Source: Azolla caroliniana
Lineage: Eukaryota; Plantae; Polypodiophyta
DNA: 64,000 bases
Assembly (NCBI GenBank): GCA_043228905.1
Contig: JBHGNT010000004.1
Location: 6,572,001-6,636,000 of the forward strand
Direction: 5' to 3'
A model generated the notes under the pieces. The model had not been told where the DNA came from, did no database searches, and was given only the letters and a program-made list of their open reading frames with translations. Shown one piece after another: positions 14,235-27,737 of the stretch (position 1 is the stretch's first letter; every line of letters starts with the position of its first letter). The translations under genes were made by a program, and so were the position numbers.

Positions 14235-14937
14235 TTTGTGTGTGAGTTCTGAGAGGGAGAGAAACGAAGAAGAAGATGAGGATGAGGATGAATTATGTAT
14301 ATATGAAGACCGATGCTGAAGCTTGTTATATATATCAGTTCAAAAACACCCGGGTTTTTATATGAGATAAAGACAGAAACACAGAGTTATCTATCTCCAT
14401 GGGGCTTTCCAACATGGGAGCACAGACTCGTTGAGTAATGTCTCTTCAACATGAGCCATGGAGGGCCATGGAGGGAGACAGAGAGACAGAGAAATCAGGC
14501 AATTGTGTGCCCACGAAGCAGACCAAAGAAAAAAAAACTTTGCTTAGAAAACAGGGGAACATGAAGAGAGCACAGACTTCAAGCCAAACGAGAGAGAGAA
14601 AGAAAGAAATATGAGAGAGAGAGAGAGAGAGGTACAGGGTAATGAGTTAACTAAAGACCTGAAGAGAGAGAGAGAGAGAGCTCAGAGCTAAGAGCTTCCT
14701 TTCTCTCTGTCTCTGTCTCTGTGCTGTCTCAGCACTACTGTCTCCTTGTAAATGATCATTTGAGAGAGACAGAGAAACAGAAGAACAGACTGAGCTTTTC
14801 TGATGATGGATTTTCAGATCTAAAAGGCAAATCTCTCTGTTGATTAATGGCTTCTTCACGCGCGTCGAGGAGGGGAAAAAAGAAACAGAGCAGGCCCAGC
14901 ACAGAGAGGATAATTAAATATGTATGTATGTACAAGA

Positions 14938-14961
14938 GAGACAGAGACAGAGACAGAGACA
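14938..14961. promoter_or_regulatory. (GAGACA)4 = four contiguous TGTCTC AuxRE cores upstream of the FORKED-like gene
   Basis: gagaca at 14938, 14944, 14950 and 14956. Function is inferred from the motif only. Confidence 0.4.
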
Positions 14962-15025
14962 GAGAGAAGGAGAAGGAGAAGGAGCCCCACATATGTACAC
15001 ACACCCCATATCACTCAAATCCTTC

Positions 15026-15059
15026 ATGGGATGGGCATGGGCATGGGCATGGGCATGGG

Positions 15060-15098
<39 letters not shown>
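15026..15098. repeat. (ATGGGC)n hexamer microsatellite
   Basis: About 12 units. It generates the spurious HG/MG/WA repeat ORFs in the track. Confidence 0.95.
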
Positions 15099-15608
15099 TT
15101 GGTTGTTTCATTGATAGACACATCCAAAGACATGGGCAAACAATGGACACAGCCAGAGACATGGACACAACACGGACATGGACACAAACAAGCGCACATG
15201 TACACATACATACACAGAAAAACCTAACCTCCTCACAAAGCTCTCGCTCGTCACAACTTCGCCACCCATGTGCCTTTGTTATGTGTTTTGCACATGTGCC
15301 TCCGATGCCCATGCTTCGTCACAAGACAATACAATGAAAGGAAAACCCTACTCCTACTCTCTCTCTCTCACTCGCACACACACTTAACTCGCGTGAAATG
15401 TAATATTTTTGGTCTGATAGGTCATATTTGACCTCCGACGACAATAATAGAATGTCTAGAATCTCTCTCTTTTATCGTAATTAACTTACCCTAGTGATAA
15501 GTTGTTACACCACAAACCACTATGTAGTGGGTTTGAAACCCGATTTTACTAACCTCTCTATTACTATTATATACTTCATACATATCTCTTAATTCACTAG
15601 AAGCCATT

Positions 15609-15690
15609 GTGGAATGTGGGGGTTGAACCCATGACCCCTAACCTGGTCTCCATCGGGCAACCTTACCAACTGAGCTACATCCATCTGGGC
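15609..15690 (-). mobile_element. tRNA-derived SINE head (Pol III A and B boxes)
   Basis: The minus strand reads gcccagatggatGTAGCTCAGTTGGtaagg...catGGGTTCAACCCccacattccac. A- and B-boxes have tRNA-like spacing, but there is no canonical anticodon arm. Confidence 0.65.
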
Positions 15691-16047
15691 GCTCTCTCTC
15701 TCTCTCTCTCTCAACTCACACTATAATGTGAGAATGGGCATTCGGGCATAAAGTGATGAGACTGATTGACTATGCACACTTTGCCCCTAAACAAGTTCAA
15801 GAGTTTTGCGCATCACACTTTGATACAATGTTCCCTGCCTTTGACCTCACCCGATTTTGCTTTCCACACACATCTTCAACCAAAAACCAATCCGTGCTCT
15901 AATTTTTCTCTCCTAGTCACATTGTGCTCTCTCGATTGCGACATTCATTTGTAAAGTTCTCGAACATTAAGAGTTGTTCCTCACTTACACATGTATTGTG
16001 TGAAAAACTCATAGGTCATATTTTACCTTTGAAGATGATAATAAAAC

Positions 16048-16089
<42 letters not shown>

Positions 16090-16097
16090 TGTGTGTA

Positions 16098-16343
16098 TGT
16101 GCCTCTTGTGCTTGTTTTGTGTCTTAGTGCTAGTGTTGACTCATTCTTTAGGAAACCTCATCCTCCTTAGCTTGTCAAAAGTTTAACGATTGTATCTCAC
16201 TTTGTGTATGTGCTCTCTCTTGTGTGCCTCTTGTGCTTGTTTTGTGTCTTTGGTGCTAGTGTTGACTCGTTCTTCAGGAAACCTCCTCCTCCTCAACTTG
16301 TCAAAAGTTTATCGATTGTGTCTCACTTTGTGTATGTGCTCTC
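16098..16343. repeat. Tandem duplication, 2 x ~124 bp, after a (CT)n(GT)n microsatellite
   Basis: tgtgcctcttgtgcttgttttgtgtctt...ctcactttgtgtatgtgctctc occurs twice. Confidence 0.9.
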
Positions 16344-17640
16344 AAGTTCCAATGGCACACATCAATTTATGGAAAGTTTCTCAACTTGAAATGTAGATTT
16401 GCCATTGTGCATGCGAACAAACTCTCCCAATGACTATTCTTGGTAAACGATCATTTGTTTGTTAATCATGCCACCTAGTTATGATTGATGACGGTGCCAT
16501 GCAACACATATGCTTTGGTTAGCTCATGTAAATTTGGTTTAATTATATTTTGATGTGTATGTAATTTGTAGCAACAACAAAGTGACATTTTAAACATTTG
16601 CCACACATGGGATTGTAAAAACATCTTGAAATGCACAAGAAAATGTATTCCCTTCATAAGTTAATTTACAAAATAATCTTTAGATATCCGTACAAAATAT
16701 TGTTTAGAGATTCAGACGGTTACCTTATTGAAATTCAAAACTTAAACATATTGTGAACGTGATGGTTTGGTAGTAAAGTTTGTGCTTTGTAGCACCTAGT
16801 TCATGGGGTTAACATCTCGAGCAATGGGTTTAGATCATGCGATCATTATAAGAAGTCTTCATAATATTAGTTTGAGAGCATGACACACGGATTGTTCGCT
16901 TCTAAATGTGGCTTTATAACAATGAGATTGGTATTTTTCTATAACTATATTGACCTTTAAAGATGTGGGCTAATAAAAGGCAACACTACTAAAGCATGAT
17001 TCCTATTTTTGAGACATATGGTCTTACTTGATGGAAAACCATTCCCCATTGAATAGAAAAGAGGCTTGCACAATAGGATTTTCAATCCAATACCCTTGTG
17101 AATTGTTGTGCTCTTTTAAACTTTTAGGTAAATAAGCTTGTTCCAGTGGGAATGAACAATCACATGTGGAACTATTCCCCCATTCACAAGTGGCAACTTG
17201 TGCAAAGGATGGTCTTCGCTAAATTTAAAACCAGCTATCAAAGTTTAAATTAAATGTGAAAAGTATAGTGACCTTGCAACAAATAATTTTGACCATAAGT
17301 TGACAAATTTATAAGAAAATCAAATGTTGTGAACTGGAGGACAAGATGTCAACATGCACGTATTTATTATACCCCTCAAGATTGTTTAAGTTTGACAATA
17401 AGGTTGTTGTGGAATGGAATGTTAATAACTTATGGGTAGGTTTTTTTAAGTGGTGGTAGCCTTAAAAACAAAACATTTGTTATGGATAAAATTTAAGAAG
17501 CATGCATGTGGTGAGACATTAAAGTTCAAGATGTTTTAGCAAAAGAACAAAAAGCTATAAAGAAAAAGGTGGCCATGTTTCACTTTTGAGGAAAGATTAT
17601 GAGAAGCCTTATTACATGACATTAATTACTTAAAGAGGAA

Positions 17641-17643
<3 letters not shown>

Positions 17644-17736
<93 letters not shown>
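17644..17736. repeat. Compound (AT)n(AG)n microsatellite
   Basis: Direct inspection. Confidence 0.97.
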
Positions 17737-17738
<2 letters not shown>

Positions 17739-18899
17739 AATTCGAAAAACAAGTAATCATTTAATCAAATTAATACCAAATTAGAGAATCATATATATAA
17801 GCAATTGTGCACATAATTAGATATTAGGAAATATGTCGAAAGAGATATTACATCTTAAATTGTATATGACTCATATTTTAGAACAAGAGGTCAAATGTGT
17901 GTATCACTAGAGTAGTAAACATGTTAAGCTACATGCTTAACATTCCGAGCTTAGATTAGACCTACTTCTTCCTTCAAAAGATCTCCAACACTTTGAGGTC
18001 ATCGATGGGAGGGAAACCATCAAAGAGACGTATAATTCAGAAAAAACAAAACCAAAGCATACTTCATATTAGTTTGAATAAATTATTGTACATTAAGAAA
18101 GCACATTTTAAGAAAAAAACAAGAAACAAAATCTCTACTTACAAAGATCCATATTTCTCCTTTTTTATCGTTCCCTTTATCTTGTCTCCTAAATTTAATG
18201 CTGCAATGTAAAGAGGCTAAGAGCACACTTTTGTTTGGCATATATATTACTATTAAAATCATAGAGTTTGAATATCGAATATATATTGAAAATGATGGAA
18301 CATATTATAGGTCAATTCTCATAAATACACACTATGTCTCACCATCAAAATTAGTATAAAATTGTTTGATTATATATACATATACATACTCCATTGTTGT
18401 CATCATTAATAACACCTTCAACATGTATCCATTTGACGCGTCAAATCCATTTGATGTTTACCCAACCATCTTCAATAATAGAGTGAGAAACAACTTCCCA
18501 ATCCCTATAGACTACGAGTTACAACTCTTGTTGTGCACGATACAATCAATTATGTCAATTGAATATAGTGTTGGAAACATAAGTTATAACTACAATATAT
18601 ATACAAGGGTAGCATGTTCTCTAAAGTGGAAGGTATGCATCAAGGTGGTCATCGCCCATGGGTCAAGTCCTCCAAGTCATCCCTTCCTTTGGGGAGGAGT
18701 TCCACAAGTAACAATGCATGGAAAATAACGTAAATATAGTGTAATGGAATTCCATGAATCACAATGCATGGAAAAGAGCTTGCAAATAAATTTAGGTTGT
18801 ATAGTCTTAATGCATGTAAAGATGAAGTGGCATGCATAATTCTTGCATTGAATATTGTTAGGGTCAAGCAAATTATAATAATGGTATCCCTAGAGGGAG

Positions 18900-20650
18900 C
18901 TAGTAGAGATAATATCCCTAATTATATCCTCTATGATGTTGGCTACCACCATGTTCTTAGGAAGCTCGATAAGGAGCCAATGTGATATTTCGCCAAGGCT
19001 TCGCTAATATGGATGAGCCATCGTTGGTGGTGAAGTTGAGGTAGGGGTTGATGTGTGCTAGGGATTCAAGATACAAGTCTACTATCAGAAATGTTGGAAG
19101 AACATCTACATAAGCAATGATCATGGCATTTAAGGCTCACTCCTTTAGCAACAACCATTAAAGGTATTAAGTATTGAGCAACATAATGACCTCAAATAAC
19201 CAAATTACTTAGGGATGCTTTTCCATTTATGCTTGTATTCCACATCCATGTCCTCTAGTCCATCCAACATATTAGACAATCTCATCATGCAACAAAGTGG
19301 TCAATGAGGTAAGTCCAAGGCTCAACAAGATAGATACCGTTACTTTGGTTCTATCCCACCAATAGGATACTAGATTCAATATTCGAGTCATGCTTGATCT
19401 TTGTTGTATGGAACCATGGTATACCCAAGAGTGTTAAGTTGACATTAGTGTTAATCAAGAATCATTACAACCAACATGTTGGAAAGGTACCCTCCAATAT
19501 TGATGACGATGTCCTTAATGAGGATGAGCACTTAATGTGAGTGTCCATATGCCATCCAAAGGCGGGATGGACAAGCCCTTCAAGTCGTTAAGCCCAAGTT
19601 TTGACATCATGTATGTTCTCTTATCACACTATCATTTGAATGGCTGGAGATTCAATATACAACAATGCTCATTGAAAACTAGGGGTTGGTAATGAGGTTT
19701 GTGAATGCCACATCCACAGAAACATCCTTCAACTTGATCTAGAACACCATAGGTGTGACACTCTACAACTAATTTAGTTGTATGTGAAAACATAACGTGA
19801 GACATAAAAGCAAATTGAGAGTTAGAATGACCCATAGGTGTGACACTTGTTAGTAGCAATCAATGGATGGGTCATGGAGAGAGAGCTCTACATGTATTTC
19901 TTGCCCACTTCCACAATGGAAGTTTGTCAGCTATTATTAACATCCATGTGGGAAGCATTCTTCACGTTTGTGTGTCTCTACCCATGTTTGTGTCTACTAT
20001 CAAACTCCCTCTTAAGACACATAGGGGTTAACTATACTCATTTCTTTCTTGGTGCATATTTGTAACAAGTGAACAATTAATGGCCACAATGATATCAGTG
20101 CTTGTGCCCTTCATCATAGCTTATGAGTGTTGTATAACACATTGGTTGCTAAAAAGTCTAGACTTGTTGTTTGCAAACTAGGTGACAAAGGGGCTCAAGG
20201 GTAGTTGGGCGTAAACATCCTTTGGTGAGGGAAGGTATGTGGATCAATTTTACTATAATGTGCATGCTTTGATTCATGGTCATGATTCCTTTGATGGGCA
20301 TGTTGCTCTTTTCGTTCATGAAAACCTTGGTAATCACATTTATGCCATTAAGACCCATGTTCAAGTGATATGTCCTCTTTGTCTGAAGAACCTACCAGAG
20401 AAGTGGGCCTTATGGTGGATTGTCAATGCTTCTCTTGATGGATGGGTAGTCATATGATCGAGAGATCACTTGGTAATGGGGGACCTCCAATGGTGAGTTT
20501 TGGGAGCTTTAAGTACCTGTTGTGTGTTACATGATTCATGCAGGCATCAACACTGACATTAGCATCGAGCTCAACGGAACATTAGACAAAAGGGAATAGA
20601 ACAAAACTCCCTTCAAATCTCTAGGGCCAAAGGGGCACCCCAATATGAAA
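18900..20650 (-). mobile_element. Highly degenerate gypsy-like gag/protease relic
   Basis: The minus strand near 19410-19430 encodes LGIPWF, a protease C-terminal motif. There is no intact ORF and the boundaries are approximate. Confidence 0.35.
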
Positions 20651-21079
20651 GAGGTCAAACCTCATTGCAAAAAGTTAGAAAAGTCACTTGTGGTGACTTT
20701 TGTAGCTCTTCTTCCACCTTGAGTTTTCTCTCTTCCTATAACCTGACTTTGAGATCTCATGCCCCATTCCCTTAATCTTTAACTTGAATGAGTAGAGTGA
20801 TTAAAGTTAAATCACTAAGTAGCAATACTTTGATCACTCCGTTTGTACGTGGGTTGGGAACTCTTATACTAATCAAGATGAGGTTGAATCAACACAAACA
20901 TTGTTTACCTTTCCTTATATCTATGTACTTACTTTTTAAGTTTTTTTAGGACTTAATTAGTCTCTTAATTAAGTTTTAACACTAGGAAATGTGGGTGAGA
21001 GTTTGCATGTTTTGGATTGCATAGCTAGAGGCTCAAGAGTGATTGACAACCACTCCTTCCTCGTTCACTACCAATAGGG

Positions 21080-22293
21080 TGTCATAGCCATGCATATGCA
21101 TACTCGAATCCTAGACATTAGTCATTGTGTGTTGATATTGGAAAGTTGATTATATGGGGAGATTGAGTAAGGGAGAGACTTGGTATATAGGAATTAGTAA
21201 AAGAGAGACTGAGTATGTAAAGACTCGACAATCATGCAAGAATTAACATGCTTGACTCCATGTATATAAATTATAGTTGATCTCTCCCTTGTTGAAATCA
21301 AGGAGATCAAACTATCATGGATACAGATTAGAGGGCCAAGAACAAGATTATAAAATGAGAATAATAAGCTAAAACAAGAGGGATAATTCGACAAACTAGA
21401 TGAGCAAACCAAATGGGTACACCAGGTCCTTGAACGCAATACCTCGATGTATGGTGAGTTATCAAAAATTTGTCTGCTTAAATCTATCATGTTAGTTGAG
21501 TTTGCCTACAATTGGCACCAATCCCTTCTTTACCAACTATGGGCTCCATCCCCACTTTAGTGTGTCTATCCCTATCGAGTCTGTGAATCCTTCTATTGAA
21601 GAAAGGGCGGGTCGTTTTGAAAGATTTTCACCATGATCTAGCCCCCCAAACTCAATCTTGCCTAGAAATTGCACAAGGATTTGGCCAACAAATGGTGAGT
21701 AGCCAAATTTCATTGTAAAGTTGGTGATATGGTTTCACTACTAGCCCAACCTATTATCACAAAGTGGCCTTGCTCTAAACTCGATTACGAGAAATGAGGT
21801 CCTTCCCACATTATAGAGCAAATAAATCCTATGACATTTAGGATTGATCTCCCGTCCCACTACAAAATCCATGATGTCTTCTACACCTTTTGTGGAGTTT
21901 GAGATCAAGGATGAGTATGAAGTGGCGGATATTCGCGACTCGAAAATTTTGCAATGGAAATTACATTACCTTGTGCTTATGGAAAGGTTAAACTAATTCT
22001 CAGAAGCCATATGGGAACCCACAAATCACTTGACTAATGCTCCAAAGGTAGTTTATAATTTTCATCTCCATTACCCACACAAATATGCGCCACATGGAAG
22101 TTGGTGATGGAGGAGGGGACAACGTTATGTAGTCATGCATATGTATACTCAAAATCTAGAAATTAGTCTTTGTAGGTTGATATTGGAAAGTTGAGCAAGA
22201 GACTTCATCTGTAGGAAATGGTAAAAGAGAGTTTCAGTATGTAAAAACTTGGCAAACATGCAAAAATTAACATGCTTGACTCCATGTATATAA
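21080..22293 (+). mobile_element. Internally deleted chromovirus relic with two LTR-like copies
   Basis: 21080-21270 and 22123-22293 are homologous (atgcatatg.atactc...ttaacatgcttgactccatgtatataaa). Between them are decayed integrase-C (GP..IIEQINPMTFRIDLPSHYKIHDVF) and chromodomain (EYEVADIRDS..LHYLV..WEP..HLTNAP) sequences, then PPT ggaggagggg. Confidence 0.65.
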
Positions 22294-24199
22294 AGGGTAT
22301 ATCTGCAATGGATAAGAATGTGGGTATTGTGCTTGTGCATATCAAGGCACTAATGAGTACATTGGCACCTCCACCAATATAGTGGTAATATAGGATGGCA
22401 TTGTTATATTCTTCATCAGTCTACCTTAAATTAATCATGTCACACTTGGGGTAACACCCTATTGATGGGTTGATGGTATGGTAGGTGGAAGAGGGCGTCA
22501 CTTGGTCTTGAACATGTCGATGAAGTGAACTAGTTCATGTGATGAGTCATCTTTCCAATCTTGCCTTACATTATACTAATTAATAAAGGATAAATCCCCT
22601 TAGAGTCTCACCCAACTTAATATATTCACTTAATTACTTAATAAAAATGAATGTGAAAATAAGAATCAAGAGAATGATGAGGGTCAAGGCATTGAGAGAG
22701 TTAGATAGACAAAGAGAGAAAAACTAAGCTATAGGTCAAGATAATGAAAATAGAAGTAGCCTAAGTAAAAAGCTTATACTTTTCCTTTTATACTTCTATT
22801 ACAATTTGATATTTACAAAATTGTCCACTCTTGCTTAGTGATTCTCCTCCTTGTTTATACCTTGGGCCAATGTTAGTATCCCCTTGAAAGGCTTGACCTA
22901 ATGGGTGCATGACACCAAGGGGTGAAGAGCTAGTTGTAATTGATAGGCTCCAAGTAAGGGCACAAAGAGGTGGGAGAATAAGTTTTGGGGTAAGTGAGGA
23001 ATGAATAAGGTGGAGATAAGGTTGGATGAGGTGGGTGTTTCGGGTGTGGGGTTGGGATAGTTATAAGGGGAGTTGTGGTGTAGACAAAGAAGGGTTGAAT
23101 AAACAATGAGTTTTACTTGTAGGACTATGGTGATCCATAAGAAATTTGAGGCATCGTTGGCATAAAGGTAATAGATTGTTGTTTAATATGCAAAGGAAGC
23201 TGGATTTCACATGAATTCTGCATACCTGGGAACACACTTGATGTCAACCATGGTTTCATAGGCATGTAGATAGGTTGATTAAAATTCTTCAGTGGGCCAC
23301 GCTAGGGAAAGTGAAGGAAACATTGGAAAATAACAAAAATGTGTCTTAGAGAAGTCTTTGGCTTAGGAAGAACTCTAGCAATGGCCATTAGTGAGGGAGG
23401 GAGTGGGAAGAATGTAGGGTTGGTGTGGATGGAGGATGGGTGTTAGTGTCCAAAGCTAGGGTTGTTGAGATAAGGTGTGTGCTAGGGGATTAAGCTCTAA
23501 GTGGTTTTGTGAGTGTGTCTTGGATGTCATGATAATAGCCTCGAGTTGGGGTTACAAGAGGATGTTGGCATTGTCTATGGTCTTACATTTTGGATAATAT
23601 GCAAATAAGAGAGTTAGGATGGGTGGTGTGTGTAGAAATTGAGTTGCATCAAGATGGGGTAGCGCACTAGTTATCAAGATGATTGTTGGGCCACCCACCC
23701 TCTCGATCATATCTAGTTTTCTCATAGTGCATGCATGTCTTGAACATGTCTACAAAGTGTTGGTACACCTTGGTCGATATGGAAGGTTGGATTTGAGTAG
23801 TTGTGTTGTCACATAAACATGTGTGTGTACTACTAGAGTGGGACCATGGGTGGGACCTAAACCAAGAAGGATATGATGCCATGTGAGGAAACCTTCAAAA
23901 ACCCCTTTTGTGGTGGCCTCATGAAATTCCCTCTTTTTAGTGAAGATTTACACTCGCTTTAAATTGGGTCGTTGGAGCTAGGGGCTTCTTGTTGAGCTAG
24001 GCATGGACCCAAAGTGTGGACTCGAGGATAACTTAAGCTCGGGCTTAGCCGAACTCAAGATTATCTTGGATTTGGGCTAAGCCTTGACTCGAGCTTAGTT
24101 GAGACTCGAAGTTAGATCGAGCTCTAGGGTTTACAATAGTTATCAAAATTATTACAATGGTGTTTACAAGAAATTAACAAAATGTGGTCGTTAAAGTGA

Positions 24200-24580
24200 C
24201 CATTGACAAATTGATGGGGATCTGTCTAAACTTTGTGGACTTTTGACGGTCCCCCCCTATGATCAACAACTATGTTGCCTCTTGTTGATGTGGGGTGCTT
24301 CATGCCACTTTGAGTTACCTTCCTTGATCGTTGAACCAAACTCACTTTCTCTCTTCCTTTATGCCTCTCCGACCAAGACGAAAGAATGCCAATTAAAGTA
24401 GCCATTGACTAATCGATGAGGATCCGTCCAAACTTCGTGGAATTTGATGGGCCCCCTTACGATCAACAACTACGTTGCCTCTTGTTGATGTGGGTGCTCA
24501 GTGCCACTTCAAGTTACCTTGATTGTTGAACCGAACTCTGCTTTCTCTCTTGCTTTATACCTCTTCGACCCGAGACGAAA
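24200..24580. repeat. Diverged tandem duplication, 2 x ~200 bp
   Basis: ccattgac.aat.gatg.ggat...gatcaacaacta.gttgcctcttgttgatgtggg at ~24200 and ~24402. Confidence 0.85.
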
Positions 24581-26374
24581 CCTTCTTCTCACTCAATGCA
24601 AACCCTAATAGAAATGGAATAGAGATGGTGGAGGAGAGATGGTCCAACTCCACTCTCCATTCACCAAAGTAAGGAAAAGAACTGAAATGAAGAAATTCTA
24701 AATTTAAAAAAATAGTCCTCCCAAAAATGCCAAAAATCCCCAATATGAGCCTCTTCACCTCTTTTTATAGAGAGAAGGTGCCACCTCCCCAACTTTCACC
24801 TATGAGGGAGTCCTTGTTGCGTTGGGGTTGCGCTCATGGTTTGGCCTGGCTATCAATAACTTGATCGAACTCTTCATGTCTAGGCTCTTGACTCTTGCAT
24901 ATGCTAACCCATTGTCAAGTACGTTTGTCTCCATTCGAGCTGTTGTGATGTATGGTTCCCCCAATATTATAGGGTGAGAGGATGTCTATTAGACAAAGAA
25001 ATTTTGGTATATTTCCACATCCCCAACCTTCACCCTTACATTTGGGCAAGCACCATGTAGCTCCTTGGTTGCAACACTTGGAAGATGTAGGTATAACATT
25101 ACTTTTAATGACATCCACTCTCAGCACACATTTATCTATATAATTTGTGTAATGCATTTGCTCATGTTCGAACTTTCCAAAGTCTCAAGGAAAAAGAGAC
25201 CACCTTGAAGATTCAATGTCTTCCGTTTGACTCATAGAGAATTACTTCTCTCACTTTTAAAAATAGCTCCATATAAAAGACTCCTCATTGACAAACCAAA
25301 CTCAGAAAAGTAGGCCACGAACAAAAAGATGATCTCATGAATGAGAAGAAGCTCATGAACAAGAATGATCTCATGAATGAGAATGAGCTCTGAGAGATGT
25401 CATGAATGAGCCTATCTCATGAAGGAATTGAACTCAACTGTGAGGCCATGAAAGGAGCCCATGACATATTAGTAGGATCTCATGAATGAGAAAAAAGGGC
25501 TCGGATTAAGATGGCCAACTAATAAAGGTGAAATTTCTAGAACATGAGCTTACAAATACTTTGAAAGAGGTTGATCACGTCTATTTGAGGCTTCCTCATG
25601 AACATAAGTTACAAACAAATCACTCAAGGCGATTAGAGTGAGTGTCACTAACAACATAGAGCGCGAGCGCTATGAGAATAAGTAGACAACCCAACATATA
25701 GTCTTCCCATATGTCTCACCCAACCTAAACAACCAACACTACGATGGGGTTAAAAAACTTATGAGTCAATAACATGTCTTGCAACACAGTAAAAGTTGAG
25801 CTCCTTTACCTCCATGTCAAATCAATGAACAAACTATTATACTTTTGGTTAACATGGATTCTAGTGAGACAATGCTATCTTTCGAGAGCTCACTTGACCA
25901 ACACTATCTTAAGCTTCAATATTGCCAAGACAAGTTGGCAAGTTTCAACGGCACTTAGACCTCCTATCCAACAATATTCCCATGTGAGGTATGAACATAT
26001 TGGGGGGAAACCATGGTATACATGAGGGTTATGCTCCCAAGCATACTTGAATGAGCATGCATTGTAGAAAAAGGTTAATGTGAAAAGATTGAATGCATGA
26101 TTGCAATGAGTACTTAAACAATCTTTTTAAATACCCTCGACAACCTAAAACAAGAATTGTTAGTGGGAGATCCTAACAAGATGAGTAAAGAAACAATGTA
26201 ATACCTCAATATTGAAAGATAATCTCAAGAGTTGTTCTCAAGGAAGTACAATTGCACCATGAAAAAGGCACAAGAGTATAGTGGGTAACAAGTACATGAA
26301 TTAAACCCACCCTCTAACACACTTCTTAAATGGGTAAAGAGTAAGTTTAAAAAGACATGAATGGGTAAAAATCA

Positions 26375-26870
26375 ATAGAGTGCTAGTTGAAGAATTTGAA
26401 AAAGTTCTTGAAGTAGTATGTGTCAAGGAAAATGCTACAATACAAAGGCAACACCCAATTCATGTTACCCACTCTTTGCAAGAATCCATCAATTTTGTTA
26501 GGGCAAGGCACAAACCTAAACAGATAAAAAAATTTGGGTTTGTAACAGGCAAGTCCATAGAGTGCTAGTTGAAGAATTTGAAAATGTTCTTGAAGTAGTA
26601 GTAGTATGGTGTGTCAAGGAAAATGTTACAATATAACGGCAACACCCAATTTATGTTACCCACTCTTGCACAAATCCATTAAATCTGTAAGGGCAAGGCA
26701 CAAACCTAAACAACAAATAAAAATATTTGGGTTTGTAATGGGCAAGTTCATAGAGTGCTAGTTGAAGAATTTGAAAAAGTTCTTGTAGTAGTATGGTGTG
26801 TCAAGGAAAATGTCACAATACAAAGGCAATACCCAATCTATGTTACCACTCTTGAGAGAATCCATCAAAT
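26375..26870. repeat. Tandem repeat, ~2.7 copies of a ~185 bp unit
   Basis: atagagtgctagttgaagaatttgaaaa at 26375, 26557 and 26750. Confidence 0.92.
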
Positions 26871-27109
26871 AAATTTATAAAGGTAAGATCTATATCCTGT
26901 AACATAATAAGTTGTAACATTTGAGATCCAATATTTACTTCTTTGCTTAGTTTATAGGTAGGAGATTTTGGTTGGAAAACTCTTTGTTAAAGAATTGTAC
27001 AAAACTTTACTAAAAATATTGGTTTGCAGCAAACCACAAAGATGCCATGCAATAGCCCAATAACTCGTAAAGCTTTTAATCTGTCTGGTTTGAGCTTGGA
27101 AAGCCCTTA

Positions 27110-27212
27110 AACAGTTGTGTAAACAATTTCATGGTTCAGTTTGGTTCAATTTAAGCTTCAAAATCTTAAAATGGTTTGGTTTGAGACCATGAACCACATT
27201 ATTGTCAATTAC
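27110..27212. mobile_element. Degenerate remnant related to the 5302-5728 MITE
   Basis: tggttcagtttggttcaa...ttcaaaatctt.aaatggtt matches the reverse complement of ~5341-5390. Confidence 0.5.
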
Positions 27213-27737
27213 TACTCATTGGCAAAACTTATGAAAATGCATAGAGACAAAAACTACCTCAAAATGAATCACACCACCACTTACTACCAAGGTAAGACTC
27301 CAATCTGTATAAACATTTTGACCTAGTAAATTAAAAACATTTTTTGCCTTGCAAATCGACAAAATCTATCAATGGAACAACTTCTTGACACTTACACCAG
27401 GTAATGACAGATACATGATATGAGAGGCATGAACAAGACTCTAAACGTTAATGACATTCTTCATTCCAGAATGGGAAAAAGAAATTATACTATTTGCCTT
27501 TCAAATTGAACGGGAATAATTCCAGAAAATATTTGACTGCTTCTATCGGTACTTCGAATCCACAAATACATCATAATTCGTTCAATGATGCTCATTAAAA
27601 CCAACTTCCTTGCTTCACTTCTACTGCCTTGCCGAGTAATTTTTTCTAATAACGAAGTCACAGGTAATTTTTTAGAAGAACAAGATAGTACACAGAATAT
27701 AAAAATGGTTCAGGGACATTCCAGGAACTCTCTTTAT

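Noticed and set aside
14756-15387. ORFs with HG/MG/WA/CP dipeptide repeats
   Set aside because: They are translations of (ATGGGC)n and (AGAGAC)n microsatellites, open in most frames.
15609-15690. tRNA gene
   Set aside because: A and B boxes are present, but there is no proper anticodon stem-loop, so it was called a SINE head instead.
25310-25495. ctcatgaa(tgag) repeats with variable gaps, superficially CRISPR-like
   Set aside because: Irregular 8-12 nt repeats in decayed TE sequence, with a eukaryotic context and no cas genes.
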